A stretch of DNA of 37,721 bases from the NCBI RefSeq assembly GCF_004010195.1, contig NC_057750.1:19601366-19639086 (forward strand), read 5' to 3'. The notes beneath the pieces are model-generated. The model did no database searches. It saw only the letters and a program-made list of their open reading frames with translations, and was not told the DNA's origin. The DNA is from Chiloscyllium plagiosum. Its lineage: Eukaryota. The position numbers were made by a program, and so were the translations under genes. Below are positions 1 through 12,173 of this stretch, piece after piece. Position 1 is the first letter of the stretch. Every line of letters starts with the position of its first letter.

Positions 1-2784
1 CAAACACGTAACTAATTACATTTCCATTTGGAAATTTAAATCGTGTTTTGCGGGTTAATAATACACAACGCCATGCTTCGAATATGTTCCGCTGGCTGTG
101 AACGACTGTGACGACACTTTGAAAGTGAATGGTGCCATATAAACTTTTACCTCCTATGTTCTGTGGAAGGTGTTTTCTGCCTACTGTATCACTATCTCTT
201 CAACTAAAACACAAATGTGGAGATTGTATGACTTCTAATGTAGGAGTCTGAATTTATAATAAAAATTAATCTGGGGGAGTCCTGTAATAATGAAACAGCC
301 ATTAGCCTCTGTGTGACGTTTCCGATGAGTGCCCCAGCGTGAATACTTTCCGGGCTCAGTCACAAAGTTGTCACCTCGATGTTGTATTTACGTTTTGCCA
401 GTGACTGGGCGTTTCTTCCGCAGTGCGACTCACAGAATATGCACACTTTGCCAGCATCGAGTAATCCTGGAAAGTGGGTTAATGCGTGAGACCCAAAGCA
501 TTGGCAGTTAAAAGGAATAAAAGCCCGGTCATTCAGATTGATCAGCTACATTTCCACACTTAACACTCAATTGCTAATTGCACGGGATTCCTTTGTGAAA
601 GTATAAATCTGGCCCCTGAGGTTCAGTTGCACTTCGAGTGTACAGTGGCACCAAGATAATGCACGTGTACTGACAAAATTGCGCTGCAGGATCTCCTTCA
701 TGAATGCTGCAATTGCCGTTAGCTCTACCCAATCATTTTGCTGTTTTGATGATATACATCCTTCTCTCCATTCTTTATCCACCCATCTTCCCTGCAATAC
801 ACCAGTTTCGAGACGTGGCTACATTTCCCTCCGTCTAAAATGTTTTCTTGGCTGGAGCATTGCAGGACAAAACTCTCATTCACTTGAGAAGCCCTTAATA
901 CAGACTGATAAGGATTATTCCTCCTTCGCTTTCCTCATACTCATCTTCTCTGAACCCATATGCTTTCTGGACTTCTCTTTTGTCCCAGTATCGTGGTGAG
1001 GCAAACAATAGCTCTCGAGTGAAGTAGAACTGATACCAATATGTCAAAAGGTTGCAATCCTCGCTTCTCACTATCTCTCACAGCATGCAAGCAAACTTAT
1101 ATATCCCCACAAGGGGTTACACAATAGTTTTTCTGAGTTGTAGATGGGGGAAAGTGTTGCAAGACTTCCGGCACCACTGCTGGGCACAACGTACACTGAT
1201 CATTCCTACATCAGCAAAATCACCATTTTCCAAACTTTGTGAATGACAATCACTGGTGCCAATGCAAATAGATGTTCGAGGGAACTTGAGCAGAGGACCA
1301 GAAGAGAAGGAAATCCGCCAATGGAAATTAATGCAGAGAAATGTCTAATGAGGAATATCATTTTCAAAGAACCTAAAAGAGCGCATGTTCTGATCACGTA
1401 CGCAGTCACACGATTAACTGCAAAGAGAGTGGTGGGCTATTTGTTACTCACAATGTGACAAGCTGCAGGAACATTGCAACCAGACAACAAAGCATGATTG
1501 CATACTGCGAGAGAGTGAGAAGAGAGGTTTGCAACTTTGTGATATATTGGTATCAGTTCTGCTTCACTAGTTGCAAGTCAGCACATTTGAACTGAAAGTT
1601 GAGAGCAAATTCTGACTTTCTGATTTTTTCTGCCTAAAGTATGTGTGCAAGATAATATAATACACGCTGCATTTATACATTGTAAAGGGTTTGTGTTACT
1701 TCTTGAAGATTTAGTGTTCCCTTGTGTTTCTAAAAAAAAATTTCCCCCCGATTCAATAAAGTGATTGTTGTACTGTATCGCAGTCTCTGCTAAATCCTCA
1801 CATCAAAGCAGTTACTTTGTTTAGTCAATAGGATACTGTTATTGGACGTTCGATTAATTGTAAGTGTAATCATCGTTTTGATTGGACCATTGTGAAACGA
1901 AGCACGCAAGCAGGCAATGCTTTAAAAATGATGTATCATGCAGATCCAAATGTAGACAGGAAGTCAAGGCAAAATTCAGGAGACAGAGAGCAAATTCGGT
2001 TCTGGATCGGGGACAGGAGAGAGTGATGGATTTGGGTGTGGGTGGAAGAGTCAATTTGGTGGGTTTTATGTAGATGTTGGTCTCGGGAACAGGATATCTG
2101 GCACATAAGGACAGGAACCACTGAAACCAGAAGGTATTGTGTTTCATTTACAGGCGGAAACCCGGAAGTCCGGAAAGCGTGTGGGTTCATAGAAAATGAG
2201 AATGCGGAAGGCGAAGAAGGAATAATCCTTATCAGTCTGTATTAAGGGCTTCAAATAACATCACGACAGAAAGACAGCAGAAATATTGCTTCAAATATTG
2301 GACTGACCAGGCAACCGGTACTGAAGTTATTCATCGAATTCACTGAGAATTTGTTCGCAGTAATTCACACTAGCATAAGGAACTAATCTCCTGCCTTTTC
2401 TTGGAATCAAATCGGAGAGACCCACTAGTGTGATATGTATCAGCGCTTCAGTAATTGTTCAGGGTCATGATGTGCATACGAAATATCATTAAATCTATTT
2501 CCAACATGGGGTTGTCCCTGTCAGTTTCCATGGATAAACCACACCTGTTCTCGCACCTGTTATTGCTGCCAGGATGGTACTCTGGGTGTTAGCCCCTTTC
2601 TCCAGACCTCCCAATGCTAGGTCTTATTTGCCCAGCAGTCCCAAAGGAAATGTCCACTTTGGCCAGAATTACATTACATATTGGGTTTGGGGTTCATTTG
2701 TGGTAGTCTGTTCTTCTGGGAGCAGGGGCCTTATTTGGAGGGTAAGTCTGCCTGGGGCTCTGTGGTGTATTCCTGCCCCCTTTG

Positions 2785-3915
2785 TGAGATAGCATTGCCA
2801 GATATGTTTAAGGGTAATCCAAACAGATTCTACAGATACATTAAATGCAAGAGGCTAACTAGACAGAGGGTAAGGCCCTTTACAGATCAAAGAGATAGTC
2901 TTTGTGTTGAACCCTGGGAGATGGGAGAGATACTAACTGAATATTTCCCATCAGGTTTTAATGCAGAGAAAGAAATGGAGTCGAGGAATACAGAGAAATA
3001 AACATTTAATGTTTTAAAAACAGTTAATATTAACAGTGAACAGAAAGTTTCAGAGGTCTTAGAGAACATATTGGTGGGTAAATCTCTGGGACCTGATGTG
3101 ATGTATCTGAGAACATTGCGGGAAGTAAGGGAAGGAATTGCAAGATCCCTTGCAGAAATATCTACATCATGTGTAACTACAGGTGAGGTGCCCAGTGACT
3201 AAAGTTGTATCTTTGTTTACGAAAGTTTGGAAGGAGAATCCAGATAATTCTCAACCTGTGAGTCTGACTTCAGTTGGAGGTAAATTGTTGGAGGTAATTT
3301 TAAAAGGTAGGATTTCTGGACATTTAGGGAGGCAAAAAATGATTAGGATAGTCAGCATGGTTTTATGTGAGGAAAATTATGACTCACAAACTTGGTTGTG
3401 TTTTTCAAGCAAATAACTAAATAGATTAATGAGGGCAGAACAGTAGACTTCACTTGGACTTTAGTAAAGTCTTCAATAAGGGTTTTGCATTGAAGACTAA
3501 TTAGTACAGTCGGGTCACATGGGATTCAGGGTAGGCTTGCCTATTGGATGCATAATTGGTTTAACAGCAGGTGATAGAGAGTGATGGTGGAGGGTCGCTT
3601 TTAGGACTGGAGACCTGTCACCAGCTATGATCCACAGGGATGAGTTCTTGGTCCCCTTTTATTTGTGATTTATATAAGTGATTTGAATGAGAATATAGAT
3701 GGCATGGTTAGTGAGTTTGTGGACATCACCAAAAATGGTGGCATAGTAGACAATGAAGGTTTTCTCAGATTCCAAATGGATGTTGATTAAATGGGTCAAC
3801 GGGCTGAATAATGGTAGATGCAGTTCAATCTGAATAAATGTGAGGTATTGCATTTTGCTACAGCAAACAATGGTAGGGCTTATACAATTAGTGGCAAGGC
3901 CTGGGATAGTACAGA
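2785..3915 (+). mobile_element. Decayed CR1-clade LINE ORF2 (RT) fragment
   Basis: Broken frames read KGNPNRFYRYIK..EMGEILTEYF, PVSLTSVGGKLLE and MQFNLNKCEVLHF, typical CR1 ORF2 motifs, with many stops and frameshifts. Confidence 0.9.
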
Positions 3916-3934
3916 CCAAAACAAAATAACAAAA

Positions 3935-4715
3935 AAGAAGAGTAGCACAGGAACCGGGCTTTCAGCCCTCCAAGCCTGTGCTGATTATCATGCCGAACTA
4001 CTCTAAAGAACAAAGCTTCTACCCTCATTCAGCCAACATCCCTCTAATCCCTCGTTATTTATGTAACCATCTGGATACCTTGTGACTGCTTCCACTAGCT
4101 CGTCTGGCAGTGTGTTCCAGGCTGCTACCACTCTGTGTGAAAAGCTTCCCTTTCACATCTCCCTCAGACTTGCCCCCTCTCATCTTGAACCTGTGCTCAA
4201 TGTAATTGGAAATTCAATCCTGGAAAAATGCCTCTGACTATCCACTCTAACTATGCCTCTCATAATTGTGTAGAGTCCTATCAAGTTTCCTCCCAGCCAC
4301 CATCTTTCCAGTGAAAATAATCCTAGTCTTTTTAACCGTTCCTCATAGCCAATCCCCTCGAGACCAGGCAAAATCCTGTGAACCTTCTCTGCACTCTCTC
4401 TCCAAAGCTGCCACGTCCTTCTGGTAAGGTGGTGATGACAACTGCACACAGTTCTCCAAATGCAGCCTAACATGGTGTTAGATGGCTGCAACATGGTTTG
4501 CCAACTCCTGTACTCTGTGCCGCAAACAATAACGACAAGCATGCCATCTGCCTTCTTAATCGCCTTGGCCACCCATGTTCCTTCTTTTAGGGAACTGTGA
4601 ACCTGCGTGTCCAGATCCATCTGTATGGTTATATTCCTAAGCATTCTGCTGCCATTTACAGGATAATTCACACCAAAATTTGATCCTCCAACATGCAACA
4701 CCCTACATTTGTCCA
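3935..4715 (-). mobile_element. CR1-clade LINE 3' fragment
   Basis: ORF 4180..4701 has QVHSSLK and LPGLEGIGYEERLKRLGLFSLE, followed by a CR1-type 3' UTR. Confidence 0.9.
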
Positions 4716-4919
4716 GAAAATGTGAATTTATGACCTAGCACATGCCCACTGTACCATCACCTGAAGCCAAATCAACTTTAGTTTGATTATGAAAGGAGGA
4801 AGGTGTGCAGCAACTGAAATGCCATTCAGCATTCCTAAAATGAAGTATCCAGCTGGTGCGGCCACAAAGGAAGGCCGAACAGTGTGACAACAAAAGAATC
4901 AGTAAGTATTAGACATACC

Positions 4920-5650
4920 TAAACATCCCTGAAGACTCAGATCAAAGTTTTTCTGTCCTGCCACAACAGGCATGTATAATCCCTGACAAATACTCAAATC
5001 ATTGACTGAGAATAATTCAAGACATCTCACATTTGCAATAATGGTGATGTCCAATATTATCAGTACAAAACTTTAGGCTTTAGAATTTGGAACAATTTTC
5101 ATCCAAATGTGTGCAGAAAAGATTGGTCTTGGAATTCTTCTGAGGTTGCCAATATCTTCTGCTTATTAGATTCACTCAACCTGAGTATCAAGAAAGTGCT
5201 GAGGGTACTGAGTACTCAAATTTGAGGGACACTGTCAATATCCTGATAATTATCCTGATGTGTTACACAACACAACTTGCCATGTCCCTGGCCAAGTCCA
5301 TTAAACCAAGTGATTGGTAAACTATCACCACCTCCAGCACTGATGAACAATAGCGACGGTGTGTTTCATACATAAGCTGAGTGGAAGAAATTCTCCAAGG
5401 TTCCTTCTCAGCACTATAAAAGTACCCTGGAGAATCATTTGGAAAGACAAGTGCAACGGACATGGGAAAATGCTGCCGACAAGATCCCTTCCAAAGAAAT
5501 TGCCATCTGGATGCAGAAATATGTTGACTTTTCTTGCAGTTGCTGTGTAAACTCCTGCAGATCCTGCCTTACTGCTTTGTGGGAGTATCAATACCAAATT
5601 CGCTGCATTGTCTCAAGAAGACAGCTCACGATCTCTGAATAAGACTAATT
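4920..5650 (+). pseudogene. Putative endogenous paramyxovirus-like nucleoprotein (N) relic, frameshifted
   Basis: Manual translation gives collinear motifs TSLKTQIKVF/CPATT (4923-4968), FGTIFIQMCAEK, TQLAMSLAKSI (5270-5302), DEQ*RRCVSY (5342-5371) and GSINTKFAALSQED (5581-5622). These resemble paramyxovirus N motifs TKIRIFVPAT, QIWxLLAKAVT, SExRRWxKY and GVETKMAAL (recalled, not searched). Confidence 0.55.
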
Positions 5651-5754
5651 AGGGTTGAAAATTAAAAGTTCCCTATTGAGTTCATCCTCCATTCTGAATC
5701 AACAAAACAACTTGTTTCAGAAATAAAAACTCGATATTTTGTTGAAATGTTTCA

Positions 5755-6150
5755 CTTTAAGAAGGTAGCCCCAATCCAAACGTTTCTAGCTGTTCGAAGG
5801 TGATTTAAGGTGAATATTCCAGGAACACAGCTGGTCAAACCACTTCATTTTAAACAAACCAGACTTTATTTACACATGAACAAAAGAAAACGGAATTGAC
5901 GATAACATAACTATTTGAAAACCCAACTGACACAAAAATGTAACTTAACAAAGAGCTGTTCTGATTTTCCTGCAACATTCCATAAACACACCCCTTGGCA
6001 AAGAGGTAAATTTAAACACAGGTTCTTCCGGGAGAGAGGTGTCAGAGATAGAGAGGATCAGCATGGAGCTGTCTCTTTGTGTCCCCAGCTGAACCCAAAA
6101 CCAAGGTAATAAATCCCTGAACTGGGAGAAATGGCTGCTCCCATCTCATT
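5755..6150 (-). mobile_element. Degenerate LTR-like repeat fragment (family of 34807-36750)
   Basis: Shares GAAGGTAGCCC..TGGTCAAACCAC..TTTTAAACAAA..CTTTATTTACAC..CAAAAGAAA with copies at 36055-36130 and 36540-36730. Confidence 0.55.
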
Positions 6151-6159
6151 GTTGTTGTG

Positions 6160-7278
6160 TCACAACAGGATCTTGACCAAATGGGCAATGGGCTAAGAAG
6201 TGCCAGATGGAATTAGGTTAGATTACTTACAGTGTTGAAACAGGCCATTTGGCCCAAAAAGTCCACACCAACCCACAACCAACTCCCCTACATTTACCCC
6301 TCCACCGAAGGCTACAGACAATTGAGCATGGCCAATTTACCTAACCTGCACTCTTTTGGATTGTGGGAGGAAACCCACGCAGACCCGGGGAGAATGTGCA
6401 AACGCCACACAGTCACCTGAGGCAGGAATTGAACCCGGGTCTCTGGCGCTGTGAGGCAGCAGTACTAACCACTGTGCCACTGTGCCACCCATTTTTAAAT
6501 CCGATAAATGCGAGGTGCTGCATTTTGGGAAAGCAATTCTTAGCAGACTTATACACTTAGTGAGTGTTGCTGAACAAACAGACCTTGGAGTGCAGGTTCA
6601 TAGCTCCTTCAAAGTGGAGTCACAGGTAGATAGGATAGTGAAGAAGGTGCTTGGTATGGTTTCCTTTATTGGTCAGAGTATTGAGTTCAGGAGTTGGGAG
6701 GTCATGTTGCAGCTGTACAGGATATTGGTTAGGCCACTGTTGGAATATTGCATGCAATTCTGGTCTCCTTCCTATGGGAAAGATGTTGTGAAACTTGAAA
6801 GGGTTCTGAAAAGATTTACAAGGATGTTGCCAGGGTTGGAAGATTTGAGCTATAGGGAAAGGCTGAACCGGCTGGGCTGTTTTCCCTGGAGTGTTAGAGG
6901 CTGAGGGGTGACTTTATAGAGGTTTACAAAATTATGAGAGGCATGGATAGGGTAAATAGACAGTCTTTTCCCTGGGGTCCCTGAGGGCATAGGTTTAGAT
7001 TGAGAGGGGAAAGATATAAAAGAGACCTACGGGGCAACTTTTTCACACAGAGAGTAGTACGTGTATGGAATGAGCTGCCAGAGGAAGTGGTGGAAGCTGG
7101 TACAATTGCAACATTTAAGAGGCATTTGGATGGGTATATAAATAGGAAGGGTTTGGAGGGATATGGGCTGGGTGCTGGCAGGTGGGACTAGATTGGGTTG
7201 GGATATCTGGTCAGCATGGACGGGTTGGATCGAAGGGTCTGTTTCTGTGCTGTACATCTCTATGACTCTATGACTCTC
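6160..7278 (+). mobile_element. HER1-like CR1 LINE 3' part, interrupted by an HE1 SINE
   Basis: ORFs 6482..6904 and 7000..7191 encode the CR1 RT C-terminus (KCEVLHFG, RPLLEYCMQFWSP, FFTQRVVRVWNELP); ends in a (TATGACTC)n tail. Confidence 0.93.
6213..6490 (-). mobile_element. HE1-type tRNA-derived SINE
   Basis: Reverse complement has box A GGCACAGTGGTTAG, box B GGTTCAATTCC and a CR1-like tail. Confidence 0.9.
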
Positions 7279-7319
7279 TGCTTGTACTTTTTTCTAAAAT
7301 CTGTTCCTTTTCTCAAGGA

Positions 7320-7904
7320 TACAGTGTCCTTGGGTTTTCTCAGAGGGGTCATAAACAGGCAGGGCTCCACATCGACTGATTTGGTACAACAATAAAAGGG
7401 TATTGAGAGGCCATTTTGTTTCTACGTAAACAGATGTGACTTTGGGCCAAAGCTTTTATGTTTTCAGAAGTGGCCTGGATAATGAAAGGGGAGTGGCCAG
7501 TCCTGGAAACTGAAGTTAAGTTCAAGTCAGTTCAGAAGTGGGCTGTGTGGAAACAGGCTACTGAACTCTCTCTCCTTCTGTCCCTCTAACTTCGGCCTGT
7601 AAGCCTTTGTTTCATTTTGACTGTGTTTAAGGGGCTTGGTTATTGGGACTGTTGTGCATATTCGGAACAGCATAATGAAGTCTAATTTGGGTCGAATGAG
7701 TCCTGTAGGTGTTCTTCATTCTGTTCTTTTTGCTTCATTCTGTAATTTTGTGGATAAAGTTTTGTCTGTTTTAAGACCTGGTGGTCATCCTAGCTAACCT
7801 ACTCCGGGTAATTTTCACTGCACACTTACTGAAATAAATTGTAAAGTTGTGGTCTGGGCTGACAGCTTCAGAATGTTTTGAGTGGTCTGGCCCAGTCCAT
7901 AACA
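7320..7904 (+). mobile_element. LTR-like repeat ending in ...GTCCATAACA
   Basis: 3' end resembles the solo LTR end at 35900-36054 and terminates in CA. Confidence 0.6.
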
Positions 7905-8248
7905 GATTTGTGGCGCTTTGCAGGATTTTAGCAGCACAGTCTGATACAATATTAAGGGTAAGTTATAATTAAATCCTTCACATAATGATAGATGTAGATT
8001 CAGATGTAATTATGGATCCACATTTACACAAAAAGGTCACTGAAAGCGTTAGAGAAAAAGATTCAAACCAGTTTCAGTCAATAGAAGCTCCTCCATGCAC
8101 CCGCCCCCGATTTCAGGGGAAAGAGAAATGATCAAACATTGGAATGTGGTTTGAATGAACACATTGAGACACAACTTGCCAGCTTAAAGACATCTATCAT
8201 TTTATGTAACCACATAAATTTGTTGGAATTGATCAAAAATCACAGTGT

Positions 8249-8563
8249 GGGGGGCACAGTGGCACAGTGGTTAGCACTGCTGCCTCACAGCGCCAGAGAC
8301 GCGGGTTCAGTTCCCGCCTCAGACGACTGACTGTGTGGAGTTTGCACGTTCTTCCTGTGTCTGCGTGGGTTTCCTCCGGGTGCTCCGGTTTCCTCCCACA
8401 GTCCAAAGATGTGCAGGGTCAGGTGAATTGGCCATGCTAAATTGCCCGTAGTGTTAGGTAAGGGGTAAATGTAGGGGTGTGGGTGGGTTGCGCTTTGGCG
8501 GGTCGGTGTGGACTTGTTGGGCCGAATGGCCTGTTTCCACACTGTAAAGTAATCTAATCTAAT
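8249..8563 (+). mobile_element. HE1-type SINE, full length
   Basis: GGCACAGTGGTTAGCACTGCTGCCTCACAGCGCCAGAGACGCGGGTTCAGTTCC head, GGCCATGCTAAATTGCCC body, (AATCT)n tail. Confidence 0.95.
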
Positions 8564-9894
8564 TGTGAAACTCCGCTCTGCGTTAACTCTTCAGTCATGT
8601 TCTTCTGTGGTGGCGCCATATCATACGATGGGGCACATTTCGGTGTTAACGCATTCCCGTCTGCTTGTAGGCATGCTTTGGGAAATTTCAGGGACATACG
8701 CTATTTAAAAATAAATATGTGACCTCTTTAATTGATATCACCTTAAATGGTGAGACAAAGATAGTCAGATTTCTGAAATCTTTATATAGGAGTGTAGCTG
8801 AAAACTGTAGCTGTATCCATGTTGGTGAAGAGTGTTATCTAGCTAGACTTTCACCTCCAGAAATCTGAAAATTTAAAATGTGTGTTTAATTAATTAAATA
8901 AAGCAGTGAACCGTCACATTTTGGAAAATGTCATTGTTTTAGGTTCAGATTATTATAGTCCCATTAGATTTAGGAACTGCAGCCATCACTGAACGTCATC
9001 CCCTCGAAACTGTAACCAGTGAAATTGCACCTTGTCTGAGCAGATGATAGTTTTTAAAGCGTGCGACCTTTGCAGTGTGAAAGTGAATTGGTTTAATATT
9101 CTCTTTAAGGCAATGTGATATTCGAGCTTCAAATTTCCACAACCTATCAATATTTCTTTGTATTCCCTGCAATGAGAAAATTAAAAGTTCCCTATCCAAT
9201 TAATTGGCAGTTAAACACACAGCAGCGAGCAAATTCTTGGCATAGAATGATGTAAAAAGGATCCAATCACAGTTCGACAACACAGCACCTTTGACCAATA
9301 GTATCCAGAGGAGTGGTAGTGCACAGCGGTTTCAGAGACGGACAAGGAAAATATATAAACTGAGAATCTTCTTGCACGAGGGTGGAGTACATTTGACACA
9401 GTGCTGTGTGGAATTGTCGAGTGCCACTTCATGCATGATACAGGTAATTGCTCGATTAAACAGCTATGTGCCTGAACTCTGCCGCCTCCTGAAATTTTGT
9501 CCTGATCAGGTCTCTCCTACACTAGTTGTCTTGAAAAAATCAAAAACCTTTGAGTTTTTCCAAAATATTTCCTCACCCACTTCACCTACCTTTATCTATT
9601 TGCGGGCTGTTTGTGTCCTTCCTTACGGCGTGCTTTCCTATCATTGTATTTGATGCAACAATTGGTCCTTCAACAAAAGCATTAATGAAGCTTTAAATAG
9701 TTAAGATCCATCTGTACTCCACAAGTTACAGTTTGTCAACATTTTTCCGAGTTTTGTTAAAACATGTTTTGAGCAAAAAGCTTCAATAAAAGTATTTTAA
9801 CACTTGCACCTTATGTTTGTGTAACTTATGTTTGTATTAGTGAGTTTTGAGATGATTATGCTTCTATCTTTATATAAAAAGTTTCAATTAAATT

Positions 9895-10128
9895 CAAGAA
9901 AAGGACAACACAGGAACCGGTCTTTTGGCATGCCAAGACTGCACTGACACATGATGTCTTTCTAAACTAAAGATCTTTGCTTCTACACGGTCTATATCCC
10001 TCTATCCTTTGCCTATTCATTTATCTGGCAAGGTGCATCTTAACTGTGGTTATTGTATCTGCCTGAACGACTACCTCTGGCAGCTCATTGCTTGCATTTA
10101 CCACCCTCCAGGTGAAAGACATGTCTCT
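9895..10128 (-). mobile_element. CR1 3' UTR fragment; decayed body continues at ~10990-11440
   Basis: Homologous to the CR1 3' end at 3935-4150; split by the Penelope copy. Confidence 0.7.
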
Positions 10129-10129
10129 C

Positions 10130-10850
10130 ACATCAGGCAGCATCCAAGGAGCAGGGGAATTGATGTTTTGGGCATAAGCCCTTCATCAGGAATGAGGCTT
10201 GTGGGCCAGGGGGTTGAGAGATATATGGGTGGGGAGTGGGTATTGAGGGAAAGTAACTGAGAATGCATTATGTAGATGAAGGTGGGGGAGAAGGTGATAC
10301 TTAGGAGAGGAGGGTGGAGCAGATAGTTAGGAAGGACGATGGACAGTGCCAAGTTGGAGGCTTGAGACTGGGATAAGATGTGGGCAGCGGGAAGTGAGGA
10401 AACTGGTGAAATCCACGTTGATCCCGTGTGGTTGCAGGTTCCAACGTGGAGGATTAGGCGTTTTTCCTCCAGGCTTCGGGTGGTTAGGTTGGCGATGGAG
10501 GAGGCCCAGGACCTGTGTGTTGAAGTTGAAGTTGAAGGGAGATGGAGTTGAAGTGTTCAGCCACGGGGCAATGGGGTTGGTTGCTGCGGGTGTCCCAGAG
10601 ATGTTCTCTGAAACGATCCGCAGATTGGCATCCTGTCTCTGCACTGTAGAGGAGACCACATCCGGTGCAATGGATACAGTAATGATGTGTGTGGAAGTAC
10701 AGGTAAATCTTTGGACGTGGAAGGATCCTCTGGTGCCTTGGACAGAGGTAAGGGAGGAGGTGTGGGCGCAGATTTTGCACTTGTTGTGGTGACAGGGGAA
10801 GGTGCCGGGAATGGAATGGGGGGTGGGGGGTGTGGGGCATGGATCTGACA
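10130..10850 (-). mobile_element. Penelope-like element 3' fragment (GIY-YIG region plus pLTR)
   Basis: PGTFPCHHNKCKICAH, FTCTSTHII, YCIHCTGCGLLYSAET..RFREHL..PVAEHFN (GIY-YIG); decayed hammerhead core at 10162-10189. Confidence 0.9.
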
Positions 10851-11444
10851 AGAGAATCATGGAGGGAATGATCTCTCCAAAACTGACAAGGCAGTCACAG
10901 AGGGAATGGACTCTCCAAAACTGTCCTTTCAGACAAGCCTTTCATGTGGGACTTTGTCACAGAGGCTTTACTGAATTCCATGTAAACCACACTCAACTAC
11001 ATTCGCCTCATCAATGTGCTTAATCACCTTTTCAAAGATTCAATTAGTCAGATCATTAACCTTTAACATTGCAATGTGTACATTCCAAACGGCACAACCT
11101 CTCCACAAACAACAGTCCCTTACCTTCTGATATCAGCCTAGTGAACATTCTCTGGATGGCCTGCAATGCAATCATGTCTTTCCTTCGATAACAGGTCAAA
11201 GACTGTTCACATTTCCAACTGTGTCCTGACTCATGCTTTGTACAATATCAGTAAAATCTTCCTACATTAAACCACCATTCACTTTGAAATAAATATCAGC
11301 ATTGCATTTGCCTATTACCCACTGAACCTCGATGCTAACTTTTTGAGGTTCATGGATGAGGGCTCCGAAATCCCTCTGCTCTGTAGCTTTATGAAATCTT
11401 TCATCATTTAATATTTTTCAGATTATTTATACCTTGAAATCGAT

Positions 11445-11600
11445 GACAACCCCTCCTCCGCCACAATTCTCAACAGTGGTGCCCTGCAAGGCTGTGCACT
11501 CACCCTCCTACTATATTCTGTATACACTCACTACTGTGTGGCCAAGTTCCACCCCAACTCTATTGACAAGTTTGTTGATGACACCACCATTGTAGGTCAT
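11445..11600 (+). mobile_element. Rex1/Babar-like LINE RT fragment
   Basis: Reads ILNSGALQGCALTPLLYSVYTHYC...KFVDDTTIVG. Confidence 0.75.
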
Positions 11601-11743
11601 CCCGCATCTAACCTGCCCGATTGCATCAGGATTTCGTATATTTTTATGAGATTCCCCCCTTATTCTGCTAAATTTCAGTGAGCTGAAAATGTGTTGCTGG
11701 AAAAGCGCAGCATGTCAGGCAGCATCCAGGGAACAGGAGAATC

Positions 11744-11771
11744 GACGTTTCGGGCATAAGCCCTTCTTCAG
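11744..11771 (-). ncRNA. Minimal hammerhead ribozyme motif in PLE pLTR
   Basis: Minus strand reads CTGAAGA-A-GGGC-TTAT-GCCC-GAAAC-GTC. Confidence 0.75.
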
Positions 11772-12145
11772 GAATGAGGAAAGTTTGTCCAGCAGGCTAA
11801 GATAAAAGGTAGGGAGGAGGGACTTGGGGGAGGGGCGTCGGAAATGTGATAGGTGGAGACAGGTCAAGGTGAGGTCCCAGACCGTCCATAACCTCATCAC
11901 CTCGGGGGATCTCCCATCCACCNNNNNNNNNNNNNNNNNNNNNNNNNNNNNNNNNNNNNNNNNNNNNNNNNNNNNNNNNNNNNNNNNNNNNNNNNNNNNN
12001 NNNNNNNNNNNNNNNNNCCCCCACCCCCGTCTGACCTATCACCCTCACCTTGACCTCTTTCCACCTATCACATTTCCGACGCCCCTCCCCCAAGTCCCTC
12101 CTCCCTACCTTTTATCTTAGCCTGATGGACAAACTTTCCTCATTC

Positions 12146-12173
12146 CTGAAGAAGGGCTTATGCCCGAAACGTC
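12146..12173 (+). ncRNA. Minimal hammerhead ribozyme motif in PLE pLTR
   Basis: CTGAAGA-A-GGGC-TTAT-GCCC-GAAAC-GTC: CUGANGA core, 4-bp stem II, GAAA, palindromic ACGU. Confidence 0.75.

Noticed and set aside
1840..2170. Host gene promoter (ATTGG boxes, CCGGAAGT ETS-like site)
   Set aside because: Short motifs only, no clear CpG island or downstream coding exons; not supportable without transcript data.
8249..8325. tRNA gene
   Set aside because: The box A/B head continues into a SINE body and tail, as in all similar copies.
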